DNA of 64,000 nucleotides from Eledone cirrhosa (GCA_964016885.1 OZ024744.1:94612001-94676000); one strand, 5' to 3'. Positions 14,251 through 30,473 are shown, numbered from the stretch's first letter. Numbers and translations are program-made. Notes: a model not told the origin generated them from the sequence alone.

Positions 14251-14880
14251 TACATTATGAAGAGAGAAGAAACATTTAGATATAATTAGTAATAAAATGT
14301 ATCATACCTAAACTGTTCCTAAATTCCTCGACTACGTAGTTTCGTGGCATAAACAAAAACAATATATCAAAGATATAGAGTCCTTGCGAGGTCTGCCGAC
14401 TTATCAAGAGGATACCTCATTTTACTAGTCTCAAGAACGCGTCTACACGACGTGAGAAAGAATCCCAAAAGGCGGAGGGGGAGATAGTCACGCGATATAA
14501 CGGTCGAGAAACAGAGCTAAGCCTCTTATAACCACGAAGAAAATACCACGGAGGCGGAGGGGGTATTCATATCGAGGCCGTAGAAGAGGTAGTGAAGAAG
14601 GCGAGAAGTATGAGTAATGGAAGCTTTCCAGTTGTCCCCACACTTCAAAGATTGCTCGACCAGAGGGAGTTATTAATATATTAAGAAACACACAGATACA
14701 TGCGGACACACACATATATACATGAATGCATCCGCACCCAACTGTGAGTTAAGGGTGCCAACTTCACCGATGTTGCTCAATGAATGACTGGGACAGACCA
14801 ATTCAGTTTGAACCAGACTGAACCAGTATCAGAGTTAAAAATACATTATGAAGAGAGAAGAAACATTTAGATATAATTAG
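14251..14880 (-). mobile_element. 591-bp non-coding hammerhead-containing unit with 39-bp terminal direct repeat (retrozyme-like or solo pLTR)
   Basis: tacattatgaagagagaagaaacatttagatataattag at 14251-14289 and 14842-14880. HHR at 14325-14412. TA flanks. Confidence 0.75.
14325..14412 (-). ncRNA. Variant hammerhead with U3-A8 core (UUGAUAA)
   Basis: TCCTC-TTGATAA-GTCGGCA..TGCCAC-GAAA-CTACGTAG-TC-GAGGA on minus strand; GUC site. Confidence 0.75.
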
Positions 14881-15050
14881 ATGTATGTATATATATGTAT
14901 ATATATATATGTATGTATGTATATATATATATATATATGTATGTATATAAATGTATATATATATATATATGTATGTATATAAATGTATATATATATATAT
15001 ATATGTATGTATATAAATGTATATATATATATATATATGTATGTATATAA

Positions 15051-15081
<31 letters not shown>

Positions 15082-15082
15082 C

Positions 15083-15114
<32 letters not shown>

Positions 15115-15201
15115 GTGGGTGTTTGTATGTGTATTTATGGTGGTATGAGTGTGTGGATATATATGTTTATATATATATATATATATATATGTATGAGTGT
15201 A

Positions 15202-15240
<39 letters not shown>

Positions 15241-15543
15241 ATATATATGTATATATATATATGTGTATGTATGTGTGTATATATATATATATCTATTAAT
15301 GCGTGTGTGTATGTATATAAATATGCCTTTTTATTATTATTTTTATTTGTATGTCTGAGTTAGGTGAGGTTGTAGTGTTTTTTATGTATATACGCATATA
15401 TGGAAGCGTATGTATTTATATATATGAGTATAAGTAGGTGCATATGTATGTATGATTATATATCTAATTCTATGTATGAATGTACATCTATATATATATA
15501 TATGTGTGTATGTAAGTTGTGTGTGTATGTATCTATATGTCTA

Positions 15544-15588
<45 letters not shown>

Positions 15589-15667
15589 CGATGTGCGTAT
15601 ATGTATGTACATGTATGTACATGTATGTGTGTATGTATGTGTATGTATATTTAGATGTATGTGTATG

Positions 15668-15714
<47 letters not shown>

Positions 15715-16530
15715 ATATATATATGGATATATATCTTTATTATTTATTTTTTATATATATGTGTATGTGTGTATGTGTTGCGTGTGTGTGTGTGTTGTAT
15801 ATATATATCTTTATATGTGTATGTGTATGTTCGTGTAAGTGTATGTGTGTGTATGACTGTATATGTATGTGTGTATGTGTGTATGCGTAAATATTTCTAT
15901 GTGCGCGTACATGTATGTATGTGTATATATCTGTATGTGTATGTATGTTATATTATATTTATTATATTTTATTGTTTTATTTTTTTATTTTTCTTAATTT
16001 ATAGATACATTTATATTAGGCAGTCTGCTCAGACAATTGAATACTGACCCCTCCCCCCCCCTCCCACCTAATTTCTGTATCTTGATCTTGAAATGTGTGT
16101 GCCAGTGTTTTATGTGAGTGATTTAATATCCATATGCTTATGATTTTATATCCACATATATAAATGTGAGTGGGGGTGTGTGTGTGTTTGTATGTTCGTG
16201 GTTATGTGTATATTTATGCATATACGCGCGTGTATGTGTGATTGTACTGATATGTGTGAGTATGAAAAAATATATTTATATGCTTGACTCCATAAGTATC
16301 AATGCGCATCTTATCAGCGCATTTTAAGCTTACAGAGATATTAACCTTGAAATTTTGTGTTTGCATCCATCTTTTTAGTATGCGTATACAAGTTATACAT
16401 ACATTTTTGTAAAATATGTGTAAGGATTTTACATGTATATACACACACCGAACTGCTTTTAACCCTTTGTGTTTTCATTGGTCAATTTTGAACTGAAATT
16501 TTGAATTGTTGTTATTATCAATAAATATAC

Positions 16531-16685
16531 TTCATTATTTCTGAAGACGGCGTATATATGTGTTAGGTATGTATATTTAATCTTGATAATTTGTATAATT
16601 TTGTATAATTTTGTACATAGATCTGTTGAATATGCATACCAATTATAACACATATATACCCTAGAAACGATCGTTAAATAATGAA
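16531..16685 (+). ncRNA. Type I hammerhead with long stem II (duplicate)
   Basis: Copy of 13427-13581 at +3104. Confidence 0.8.
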
Positions 16686-16873
16686 CTTTTTTTGTTTAAT
16701 ATAAGGAATTGTTTATTCATTATTTGTTTAATATTTTATCTTGACTCTGTATACCGTTTATCTTTCACCGAAAGTGGTTTTTCATTACATCTCTTCTTTC
16801 CATGATATCCGGAATACATTGAGTTCTTCATACGGATTGGACACTACCGTAAACTCTTGGTAGATTTATCTAC

Positions 16874-16990
<117 letters not shown>

Positions 16991-17074
16991 CATATATATA
17001 CATATATGTATATATATATATGTATGTATATATATATGTATGTATATATATGTATATATATATGTATATATATG

Positions 17075-17105
<31 letters not shown>

Positions 17106-17292
17106 ATATATATGTATGTATATATATGTATATATATATGTATGTATATATATGTATATATATATATGTATATATATATGTATATATATGTATATATATA
17201 TGTATATATATATATATGTATGTATGTATATATATGTATATATATGTATATATATGTATGTATATATATGTATATATGTATGTATATATATG

Positions 17293-17325
<33 letters not shown>

Positions 17326-17354
17326 GTATGTATATATATATATATATATATATG

Positions 17355-17984
17355 TACATTATGAAGAGAGAAGAAACATTTAGATATAATTAGTAATAAA
17401 ATGTATCATACCTAAACTGTTCCTAAATTCCTCGACTACGTAGTTTCGTGGCATAAACAAAAACAATATATCAAAGATATAGAGTCCTTGCGAGGTCTGC
17501 CGACTTATCAAGAGGATACCTCATTTTACTAGTCTCAAGAACGCGTCTACACGACGTGAGAAAGAATCCCAAAAGGCGGAGGGGGAGATAGTCACGCGAT
17601 ATAACGGTCGAGAAACAGAGCTAAGCCTCTTATAACCACGAAGAAAATACCACGGAGGCGGAGGGGGTATTCATATCGAGGCCGTAGAAGAGGTAGTGAA
17701 GAAGGCGAGAAGTATGAGTAATGGAAGCTTTCCAGTTGTCCCCACACTTCAAAGATTGCTCGACCAGAGGGAGTTATTAATATATTAAGAAACACACAGA
17801 TACATGCGGACACACACATATATACATGAATGCATCCGCACCCAACTGTGAGTTAAGGGTGCCAACTTCACCGATGTTGCTCAATGAATGACTGGGACAG
17901 ACCAATTCAGTTTGAACCAGACTGAACCAGTATCAGAGTTAAAAATACATTATGAAGAGAGAAGAAACATTTAGATATAATTAG
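17355..17984 (-). mobile_element. Second copy of the 591-bp unit (within the 3104-bp tandem duplication)
   Basis: Appears identical to 14251-14880 at offset +3104. Confidence 0.75.
17429..17516 (-). ncRNA. Variant U3-A8 hammerhead (duplicate)
   Basis: Copy of 14325-14412. Confidence 0.75.
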
Positions 17985-18185
17985 ATGTATGTATATATAT
18001 GTATATATATATATGTATGTATGTATATATATATATATATATGTATGTATATAAATGTATATATATATATATATGTATGTATATAAATGTATATATATAT
18101 ATATATATGTATGTATATATATGTATATATATATATATGTATGTATATATATATGTATATATATATATATGTATGTATATATATG

Positions 18186-18216
<31 letters not shown>

Positions 18217-18333
18217 ATATATGTATATATATATATATATGTATGTATATATATGTATATATGTATGTATATATATGTATATATGTATGTATATATATGT
18301 ATATATATATGTATATATGTATGTATATATATG

Positions 18334-18411
<78 letters not shown>

Positions 18412-19123
18412 TGTATGTATATATATGTATATATATATATGTATGTATGTATGTATATATATATGTATGTATGTATATATATATATGTATGTATATATAT
18501 ATATGTATGTATGTATATGTATATGTATGTATGTATATATATATATGTATGTATATATATATATATTCATTAGTTAAGCAAAACAAGACCACAAATTTCA
18601 CAAGGAAGACATTAGTAAAAGATTGTCACATATTTAGTTTGATGTAAGGAATGTAGATAATAATAATAATATTAATAATAATAATGCCGTTTACAATTCT
18701 TTCGCTACTCCATATAATATTTCTGGATCAGATGACTATGTACCATAATTGATCTGGTTCAGTTGAAAATAATTAACATATTTAAAAAACAGAGTGGCTC
18801 ATCGGAACTGAAAGGAATATAAATTAAAATAATGTTACATAATATAATGTTCCATATATTAGTTATTACTATGGTGCCTTTGTTTCATCAGCTGTCAGCC
18901 ATAATCAACATAATTTACATACAAAGATTACAGTCATATTAAAGGACAAAATTAAAGTTAAAATTAAAATTTTGTCCTTTAATATGACTGTAATCTTTGT
19001 ATGTAAATTACCATGCTATATTATTATAATGGATGTCAACCAACTGTGGGTCAATATATACATGTTTCTATATGTCTCTTGTGTTGAAAAGGAGGTCAAG
19101 TATGTTAAAAAATCACTGAATAA

Positions 19124-19172
19124 TTGCTCTGAAGACTCCAAACCTCGGTTTGGAAGAAACAATTGTAAGCAA
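19124..19172 (+). ncRNA. Type I hammerhead ribozyme
   Basis: TTGCT-CTGAAGA-CTCCAAACC TC GGTTTGGAA-GAAA-CAATTG-TA-AGCAA; GUA site. Confidence 0.85.
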
Positions 19173-19375
19173 ATAAATGATTTAAACAGAACTTTGTTTC
19201 ATGTAATCTCTATATACTGCTCTGTAAAACAACTGATGTTGTTACATTGAGCTATTTATCTTACTGGTAATAAGATAGTAATAAATTACTGTATTTCATT
19301 ATTTAGGGTATAATATATATATAACTATAAAAGGTTTTAGTATATACATAACCATAAATAGTATCCTTAATACTA

Positions 19376-19406
<31 letters not shown>

Positions 19407-19459
19407 CATATATCTATATGTATATATATACATATATACATATATATATATGTATATAT

Positions 19460-19525
<66 letters not shown>

Positions 19526-19594
19526 GTATATATGTACATATATATATACGTATATTATATATGTTATATATATATGTATATATATACATATGTA

Positions 19595-19625
<31 letters not shown>

Positions 19626-19984
19626 CATATATATATGCATATATATATATGTATATATATATGTATATATATATACATATATATATATATTATATTATAT
19701 ACATATATATATATTATATTATATATATATATACATATATATATATATTATATTATATTATATATATATATACATATATATATATTTATATTATATATAT
19801 ATATGTATATATATACATATATTATATTATGTATATATATGTATATATATACATATATATATATATAATATATATATATGTATATATATACATATATATA
19901 TACATATATATATATATTATATTATATATATATGTGTATATATATATAATATATATATAATATATATATATATAATATATATAT

Positions 19985-20186
19985 ATGCAAAAGTTTTATT
20001 TAAAATTGTTGGGATACAAGAAGTAAATATTTTTATAACTGATATAAAGCACTCGACAAGTCTTTGGAGTAGATATACGATATTAAATAAATGGAAACTA
20101 TATTTATAAAACCATATTTATTTCAGAAATATGTATAATGAAATAAATATGGTTTTATAAATATAGTTTCCATTTATTTAATATCG

Positions 20187-20189
<3 letters not shown>
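19985..20189. mobile_element. Minimal PLE end insertion (tail plus inverted short end)
   Basis: ~50-bp inverted arms (20075-20125 / 20139-20189), same family as the 3152-7771 termini. Confidence 0.8.
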
Positions 20190-20217
<28 letters not shown>

Positions 20218-20291
20218 ATATATATATATATATAATATAATATATATATATATATAATATAATATAATATATATATATATATATATATATA

Positions 20292-20328
<37 letters not shown>

Positions 20329-20684
20329 ATATATATATATATATATAATATAATATATAATATATATATATATAATATATATATATGTATACATATATAT
20401 AATATATATATATATATAATTGTTTCTACTTTTGGCACAAGGCCAGCAATTATTCCAGTACATTACTGGTACTTTATTTTATCGACCCCGTAAGGATGAA
20501 AGGCAAAGTTAACCTCGGCGGGATTTGAACTCAGATCATAAAGGGACGTAACTATGCTGGAAAGCATGTCCGACACTCTACCGACACTGCCAACTCACCG
20601 CCCTTATATATATATTATTTATAATATATATATATATAAATATATATACATATTATATATATATATTATATATATTATATATAC

Positions 20685-20801
<117 letters not shown>

Positions 20802-20803
20802 GT

Positions 20804-20839
<36 letters not shown>

Positions 20840-20841
20840 GT

Positions 20842-20895
<54 letters not shown>

Positions 20896-20927
20896 TATGT
20901 GAAAAATATATATATATATATATATAT

Positions 20928-21165
20928 ATGCAAAGGTTTTATTTTAAATTGTTGGGTTACAACAAGTAAATATTTTATAACTGATATAAAGCACTCGACA
21001 AGTTTTTGGAGTATATATACGATATTAAACAAATGGAAACTATATTTATAAAACCATATTTATTTCATTATACATATTTCAGGGATACCATATTAAAAAT
21101 ATGGCATGGCCTTCGTCAGATAAAATACAATATATAAACAGTTTTATAAATAATTTTGATGTACC
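20928..21165 (-). mobile_element. PLE 3' terminus (HHR plus tail)
   Basis: Homologous to the reverse complement of 7560-7771. Confidence 0.8.
21061..21127 (-). ncRNA. Type I hammerhead ribozyme
   Basis: TATTTTAT-CTGACGA-AGG..CCT-GAAA-TATGTA-TA-ATGAAATA on minus strand. Confidence 0.8.
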
Positions 21166-21168
21166 ATA

Positions 21169-21202
<34 letters not shown>

Positions 21203-21273
21203 ATATATTATATATATTATATATATATATATTTTGACGTACCATAATATATATATATATTATATATATACAT

Positions 21274-21621
21274 GGAGGCACATGGCTTAGTGGCTAGAGC
21301 ATTGCCTTGCAATCGAAAGGTTGTGAGTTCAATTCTCAGACCGGGTGATGTGTTGTTTCCTTGAGCAAGACACTTTATTCACATTGCTCCAGTTTACTCA
21401 GCTGTAGAAATGAGATGATAGGACTAGGGTCCATGTCATTCCACTGCAAAGTGGGTGTGTAGGTGCCACAGCAAAAAAAGCACCCAGCACTCACTGTAAA
21501 TGAGGTTGGTGTTAGGAAGGGCATCCAGCTGTAGAAATAAAGCCAGAATCAGTTCCCGTCCCACCCTTGCAAGCAAGGAAAAAAGCGGACGTAAAATGAA
21601 ATGATGATGAATGATGATGAT
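21274..21621 (+). mobile_element. Same CORE-type SINE
   Basis: High similarity to 9645-9992. Confidence 0.85.
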
Positions 21622-23744
<2,123 letters not shown>

Positions 23745-23753
23745 TATAAACAC

Positions 23754-24836
23754 ATGGCATTGCCTTTCCAAACAGAAAATATAGATGCTTCATCTCTGAA
23801 CGACATTGCTAAACGTACAGTTCAATTTTTGAAAACTCGATCTGAACAACAGATTCAAAATAAATTAAAGCAAATCGAAATTGCTTTTAAATTAATCAAT
23901 AAACATTTGGATAAACTACGGTGTGTTTTCTCTTTGAATGCTGTCCAGCAGCAGCAACAACAACAACAGCAGCTACAACAGCAACAACAACAACAACAAC
24001 AACAGCTACAACAACAGCAACAACAACAACAACGACAACAACAGTGTGAACCACTCCTTGATTCATCAACAATGGCCGATCTACTAAATGAAACTATTGA
24101 CCCCCCAGTAGCCTCTGTCTCACAGCATGAAACGCCACATCCTTTCTCTGGCCCAGCAGTCCAATCATCACCACTGCCAACATCTCTGCCTACTACTACT
24201 ACTACTACTACAACATTTTTGTCTACTGCTATGTCAAGGAATTTACCTTCTAATACCAGAACAAGAACTCTCCCTCCCACAGTCCACAAAGGTCATCAAA
24301 TCCTACCCAAACCATCATCTACACCTCTCACAACACCCACACCCACATACCCACCCACTCGAAACCCCATCATTTGCCGCTACTCTCTACGCTATAGAAT
24401 ATGTACGGATAGTGGCTGCAAATTCACCCATTTACCTAGGACAAAACGATCTATCCCCACAAACAGCCACCACCATAATACATACTCTAATTTAACACCA
24501 ACACAACCACCAATAACTCAAACAAGGAATCCACAAATCTGCCGTTTTTCCCTGCGAGACAGATTGTGTTTAGACCGGGATTGTCCCTTTACCCATCTCC
24601 CGGGGACCCGTCGGATAAATGAAAATAAAATTAAAAATAAAAGCAAAAACAAAAACCATAACCTACATAAAAATAACCACTACCACAGTCACCAACAGTC
24701 TTCTAAACAGGAAACTTCTTCCTCTTTTTTAGCCATAATGAATCTGGCAAAAGAACTGGAAAAAAACATTCGAGCTATCACCCAGCACCACCCTCCACTA
24801 TCACCCCACTGCACAAACTCCCATTGCTGCCATTAA
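23754..24836 (+). CDS. LINE ORF1: polyQ tract, Pro/Thr-rich linker, two CCCH-type zinc-finger motifs
   Basis: ATG in acacATGG context. [19 protein letters not shown] and [19 protein letters not shown] both fit C-x8-C-x4-C-x3-H. Confidence 0.8.
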   Translation: MALPFQTENIDASSLNDIAKRTVQFLKTRSEQQIQNKLKQIEIAFKLINKHLDKLRCVFSLNAVQQQQQQQQQLQQQQQQQQQQLQQQQQQQQRQQQCEPLLDSSTMADLLNETIDPPVASVSQHETPHPFSGPAVQSSPLPTSLPTTTTTTTTFLSTAMSRNLPSNTRTRTLPPTVHKGHQILPKPSSTPLTTPTPTYPPTRNPIICRYSLRYRICTDSGCKFTHLPRTKRSIPTNSHHHNTYSNLTPTQPPITQTRNPQICRFSLRDRLCLDRDCPFTHLPGTRRINENKIKNKSKNKNHNLHKNNHYHSHQQSSKQETSSSFLAIMNLAKELEKNIRAITQHHPPLSPHCTNSHCCH

Positions 24837-27800
24837 CAAACAAACAAATTAACAACACACCAAAACAATTAAAACCATCCACTCTCGCCTCTACATTTTT
24901 GCTTAACGCCCAAGGCATCAGCCCTTCCACCAATACTCAAAAATGGAAGATCAAATTCCTGGAGGACTGGATTGATGTCCATCCAAACCACATCCCTTTC
25001 TTCGTCCTCACTGAAACCCATCTCAGTAACCTCCACTTGGAAGCCGAGGTGAAAGTGAAAAATTTCAAAGCCATCCGTGCTGATCGCGCTGGCAGAAGAA
25101 AGGGCGGAACTGCCATTTATGTCCATAATTCTTTCTCAACAGAGGCTATGAACATATTCACTAATGGATACTGTGAGGCAGTCACTGTATTCAGTCAAAC
25201 CAACAACCTATTAGTAGTTGGGCTCTATAGGCCATCCCAAACGCCTGTACCATGCTTCAAGGAATGCCTCAACAGCATAAAGTGTTTCATCCAAGAGTGT
25301 CACCCTGACAACATCTTAATGATGGGGGACTTCAACCTCCCCGGAGTTGACTGGTCCACAAAGACCCTGCCACCAGGTTCTTCTGCCTCAACCTCTGACA
25401 GGGAAGCTGTGGAATCGCTTCTTGACTTCATGGATGATTTCTTCCTATCCCAACTAGTGCTCGAACCAACGAGGTGCCACAAAAACGTCCTAGACTTAAT
25501 TTTCAGCAATCACACTGACAATATCCACAATATTGCAGTGGAGAAAACTCTACTCTCTGATCATGACATGGTTCTCTGTGATCTGAGATTCCACCGTCCA
25601 ATATACAAACCCAATGTCATTTCTCCTGTCCATCCGTTTGACGCTATGGATTTCCACAATGCAAACTGGGAAGCGATCAGTCATGATCTTGCACATGTCG
25701 ACTGGTCCTTCACGCACACTCATAGACCCACTAACATCAAAAAGTCCTGGCAGACTTTTGTGGACACTGTTACAAACATATGTGCTAAACACACCCCATT
25801 AAGAACTATAAACAAATCTAAGAGCAGAATCCCTAGAAATAGAAAAACACTCATCAGAAAAATTAAGAGAACGAACAAAAAAATCAACAAGCTGAAATAC
25901 TGTCAGCAGCAACACATCAACTTGACTGCCATTTCATCACTAGAGATTAAAAAACATAACCTCCAAAACAACATAATGTCCCTCATCAACAATCAGAGAA
26001 GAGCTGAAGAGGCCTGGGCCATTGAGAAGATCAAACTCAATCCCAAAGTGTTCTTTTCATTTGCAAAAAAACACAAAATCACTGGCTCTACTGTTGGCCC
26101 TCTAATTGATGAAAATGGCACTCTTCAAGACAATGCTAAAACCATGGGTGAGATACTGCAGAAACAATACTGCTCTGTTTTCAGCAATCCTGATATGGCC
26201 GATCTGGGCTGTATCGGCGATGTTACTCCCCATTACACCTTATCGGACATAACGTTTGGCGCCCCTGATGTCTTGGCGGCAATAAAGGAAATCAAACATA
26301 ATTCAGCAGTAGGTCCCGATAGGTTCCCTGCTTGTGTCTTGAAGGCGTGTCAACACCAACTTGCTTCTCCTCTTGCCAATCTGTGGCGGAACTCACTGGA
26401 TGCTGGATATGTGCCAGAAAACCTTCTATCCCAGTCTGTTGTCCCAGTTTTCAAAAAGGGAAACAAATCCCTTGCCGTGAATTACCGTCCAATCTCACTC
26501 ACCTCTCATATCATTAAGGTATTTGAGCGAGTGGTGAGATCGCGAATGACCCACTTCCTTGAGAGTAACAATATGCTGAACTCCAACCAGCATGGATTCC
26601 GTAATGGAAGGGATTGCCTGACGCAACTACTGCATCACTTTGATGACATTTTGAGAGCCTTGGGAGAGGGTTCCAACACTGATGTTATCTACCTTGATTT
26701 CAGCAAGGCCTTTGACAGGGTTGATCATAACATTCTACTGAGAAAGCTGTCCAATATTGGTGTCACTGGAAAGCTGCTGCAGTGGATCAAGAGCTTCCTG
26801 TCAAACAGAACCCAACATGTTGTAGTTGAGGGAGTCAAATCAAGCCCAGCCAAAGTCAGTAGTGGAGTCCCACAAGGCACTGTGTTGGGCCCACTTCTCT
26901 TCATCATCTATATTAATGACATCACTGACATCATCAAACACAGCAACATTAAAATTTTCGCTGATGATTCCAAGCTCCAAAAGGTCATCAATGGCGTGGA
27001 TGACCGGATAAGCCTTCAGTCAGACCTACTGGCTGTTACCCAATGGGCAGAAAAGAACAACATGTTACTGAACGAAGACAAATTCGAACTGATCCACTTT
27101 GGAAAAGAGGATGCTCTGAAACTCCCGTACTCCCTTCCCTCCGGGGAAACTCTCGTGGCATCTAACAACATCAGAGACTTGGGAGTAACCGTGGACAGCA
27201 ACATAAGCTGGACCACGCATATAAGCAGCAAAGTTGACATGGCCCGCAGAATGTGTTCCTGGATCCTCAGAACCTTCCAGTCGAGAGATTCCCGCACCAT
27301 TATCCTTCTCTTCTCTACTTTCGCCCGACCACACCTTGAATACTGTTGTCCACTGTGGTCTCCCCACACGAAACAAAGTATCATGAAACTTGAAGCTCCT
27401 CAAAGGGCAATCACGAAAAAGATAGATGGCATGTCAGACCTTGACTACTGGGGTCGATTGGAAAACCTGAAACTTTACTCACTCCAACGTCGCCGTGAGC
27501 GTTATATTATCTGCATGATGTGGAAAATGTTCCATCATCACTGCCCAAATGATGTTGGCATCGCCTTCAAGATACACCCAAGGCTTGGGCCCCGTGCTAT
27601 CCGTCCCATTCAAAAATCTAAATCGCAACTCATAACAACAATACGGCACAATTATTTCACCTCAATCGGCCCTGCTCTCTTCAACATCACACCAGGACAC
27701 GTCAAAACAGAAACTGACCACACAAGATTCAAGAAGTCTTTGGACAAATTCCTCCAAGTAATCCCGGACAAACCACCCACACCCGGATATGTCTCCGCAA

Positions 27801-27844
27801 ACAGTAATTCTCTTCTCGAATGGGCCATGGTGCCCAAATCCTGA
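24824..27844 (+). CDS. LINE ORF2: APE endonuclease plus reverse transcriptase (1006 aa, no AUG before the APE domain)
   Basis: APE motifs (LTETHL, GGTAIY, MGDFN, LDLIF, SDH) and RT motifs ([26 protein letters not shown]). CR1/L2-type C-terminus ([14 protein letters not shown]). Confidence 0.95.
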   Translation: MLPLTNKQINNTPKQLKPSTLASTFLLNAQGISPSTNTQKWKIKFLEDWIDVHPNHIPFFVLTETHLSNLHLEAEVKVKNFKAIRADRAGRRKGGTAIYVHNSFSTEAMNIFTNGYCEAVTVFSQTNNLLVVGLYRPSQTPVPCFKECLNSIKCFIQECHPDNILMMGDFNLPGVDWSTKTLPPGSSASTSDREAVESLLDFMDDFFLSQLVLEPTRCHKNVLDLIFSNHTDNIHNIAVEKTLLSDHDMVLCDLRFHRPIYKPNVISPVHPFDAMDFHNANWEAISHDLAHVDWSFTHTHRPTNIKKSWQTFVDTVTNICAKHTPLRTINKSKSRIPRNRKTLIRKIKRTNKKINKLKYCQQQHINLTAISSLEIKKHNLQNNIMSLINNQRRAEEAWAIEKIKLNPKVFFSFAKKHKITGSTVGPLIDENGTLQDNAKTMGEILQKQYCSVFSNPDMADLGCIGDVTPHYTLSDITFGAPDVLAAIKEIKHNSAVGPDRFPACVLKACQHQLASPLANLWRNSLDAGYVPENLLSQSVVPVFKKGNKSLAVNYRPISLTSHIIKVFERVVRSRMTHFLESNNMLNSNQHGFRNGRDCLTQLLHHFDDILRALGEGSNTDVIYLDFSKAFDRVDHNILLRKLSNIGVTGKLLQWIKSFLSNRTQHVVVEGVKSSPAKVSSGVPQGTVLGPLLFIIYINDITDIIKHSNIKIFADDSKLQKVINGVDDRISLQSDLLAVTQWAEKNNMLLNEDKFELIHFGKEDALKLPYSLPSGETLVASNNIRDLGVTVDSNISWTTHISSKVDMARRMCSWILRTFQSRDSRTIILLFSTFARPHLEYCCPLWSPHTKQSIMKLEAPQRAITKKIDGMSDLDYWGRLENLKLYSLQRRRERYIICMMWKMFHHHCPNDVGIAFKIHPRLGPRAIRPIQKSKSQLITTIRHNYFTSIGPALFNITPGHVKTETDHTRFKKSLDKFLQVIPDKPPTPGYVSANSNSLLEWAMVPKS

Positions 27845-27956
27845 ATTGAAAGACTTCGCCAGGTGGTGCTATTAAGTTAGACATGGCCTGGGCCAATACT
27901 GGCCAAAACATTTCAAAGTTATTCAAAGTCAAAGTTATATATATATATATATATAT

Positions 27957-28059
<103 letters not shown>

Positions 28060-28062
28060 TAT

Positions 28063-28136
<74 letters not shown>

Positions 28137-28297
28137 TAGATATATATATAATATATATAGATATATATATAATATATATAGATATATATATAATATATAT
28201 AGATATATATATAATATATATATATATATATAATATATATAGATATATATATATATATATATAATATATATAGATATATATATATATATATATATAT

Positions 28298-28346
<49 letters not shown>

Positions 28347-28896
28347 ATATATATAGATATATATATAATATATATAGACATATATATATATATAATATAT
28401 ATAGATATACATATATATATAATATATATAGATATACATATATATATAATATATATAGATATACATATATATATACATATATATAGATATACATATATAT
28501 ATAATATATATAGATATACATATATATATAATATATATAGATATACATATATATATAATATATATAGATATACATATATATATAATATATATAGATATAC
28601 ATATATATATAATATATATAGATATACATATATATATAATATATATAGATATACATATATATATAATATATATAGATATACATATATATATAATATATAT
28701 AGATATACATATATATATAATATATATAGATATACATATATATATATACATATATATAGATATACATATATATATAATATATATAGATATACATATATAT
28801 ATAATATATATAGATATACATATATATATACATATATATAGATATACATATATATATAATATATATAGATATACATATACATATATATAGATATAA

Positions 28897-29700
28897 TATC
28901 ATCATCATCATCATCATCAGGTTTAGCGTCCGTGTTCCACGCTTGCATGGGTTTGGACGGGGGTTTTCCCACTTGAGGCAAGAGTGGTTGTCTTGCTCGC
29001 ATAGGACTGTCTGGCGGGTTTTCTACAGTTGGATGCCCTTCCTAACACCAACCACATTTACAGTGTGGGGCTGGGAGGTTTTTACCGTGTTGCCTACACG
29101 GCCACATTACAGCGTGGACTGTCTGGCGGGTTTTCTACGGCTGGATGCCCTTCCTAACACCAACCACATTTACAGTGTGAGGCTGGGAGGTTTTTACCGT
29201 GTTGCCTACACGGCCACATTTACAGCGTGGACTGTGTGTTTTTTTGTCGTGACACCTACACGATCTCATTTGTTTCGGCCTGGATGTTGTGGGACCAACA
29301 TAACTGTACATTGAAAGGGGCGGTGTGGATGGCGTGGAGGTGGTGGGACGGGGGGGTGTTTTGATAGAGATGCCTACTGGCTGTAGTAGGTTTTTACTTT
29401 GTATTTAGGTAAGGCGGGTCTTCTCTATTACTGAGTACCGCCAAAGGTCTCGGCCCAGTGACATTGTCTTGGAGAGGTGTAAGCGTGTGAGGTCGGAATT
29501 TATCAGCTCGTCCCATGTTTTTCTGGGTCTGCCTACTCCGTGGCTACCGTCTATCTTTATTGCCCTGCACTTTGTTATACAGCTGTCGTCTTTCATGCGC
29601 ATCACGTGACCGTACCAACGTAGCCTTCTCTCGAGTAAACAACATCTGATCCCTCTTATTTCTAATTTTTTCCTTAGTTCGTTTATGCTTTGCCGTTCAC
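28897..29700 (-). mobile_element. RTE LINE 3' fragment
   Basis: RRLRWYGHVMRM..GRPRKTW on minus strand, same 3' UTR as 35290-35790, (CAT)n tail on plus strand. Confidence 0.88.
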
Positions 29701-29959
29701 AGATATATATATATACATATATATATATAATATACATATATATATATATATATAATATATATAATATATATATATACATATATATATATATAATATATAT
29801 AGATATATATATATACATCTATATATATAATATACATATATATATATATATATAATATATATAGATATATATATATATATAATATACATATATATATATA
29901 TAATATATATAGATATATATATATATAATATATATATATACATATATGTAGATATATAG

Positions 29960-30007
<48 letters not shown>

Positions 30008-30039
30008 TATATACATATATATATATCTAATATATATAG

Positions 30040-30193
<154 letters not shown>

Positions 30194-30435
30194 TAATATA
30201 TATAGATATATATATATAATATATATAGATATATATATATAATATATATAGATATATATAATATATATATATATAATATATATATATATAATATATATAT
30301 ATAATATATATGAAATGCGCATAATAAAATACATGGAACTCCTTTAACCATCTTTTGATCTTATATTATATATATATAATATATATATATATATACATAG
30401 ATATATATATATATATAATATATATATATATACAT

Positions 30436-30473
<38 letters not shown>

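Larger units (their letters stand above)
23745..27935 (+). mobile_element. Apparently intact two-ORF non-LTR retrotransposon (CR1/L2 group) inserted in (TA)n
   Basis: ORF1 plus APE-RT ORF2 with no stops. Short 3' UTR ending in TCAAAG(TT) repeats. Long TA tracts on both sides. Confidence 0.9.
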
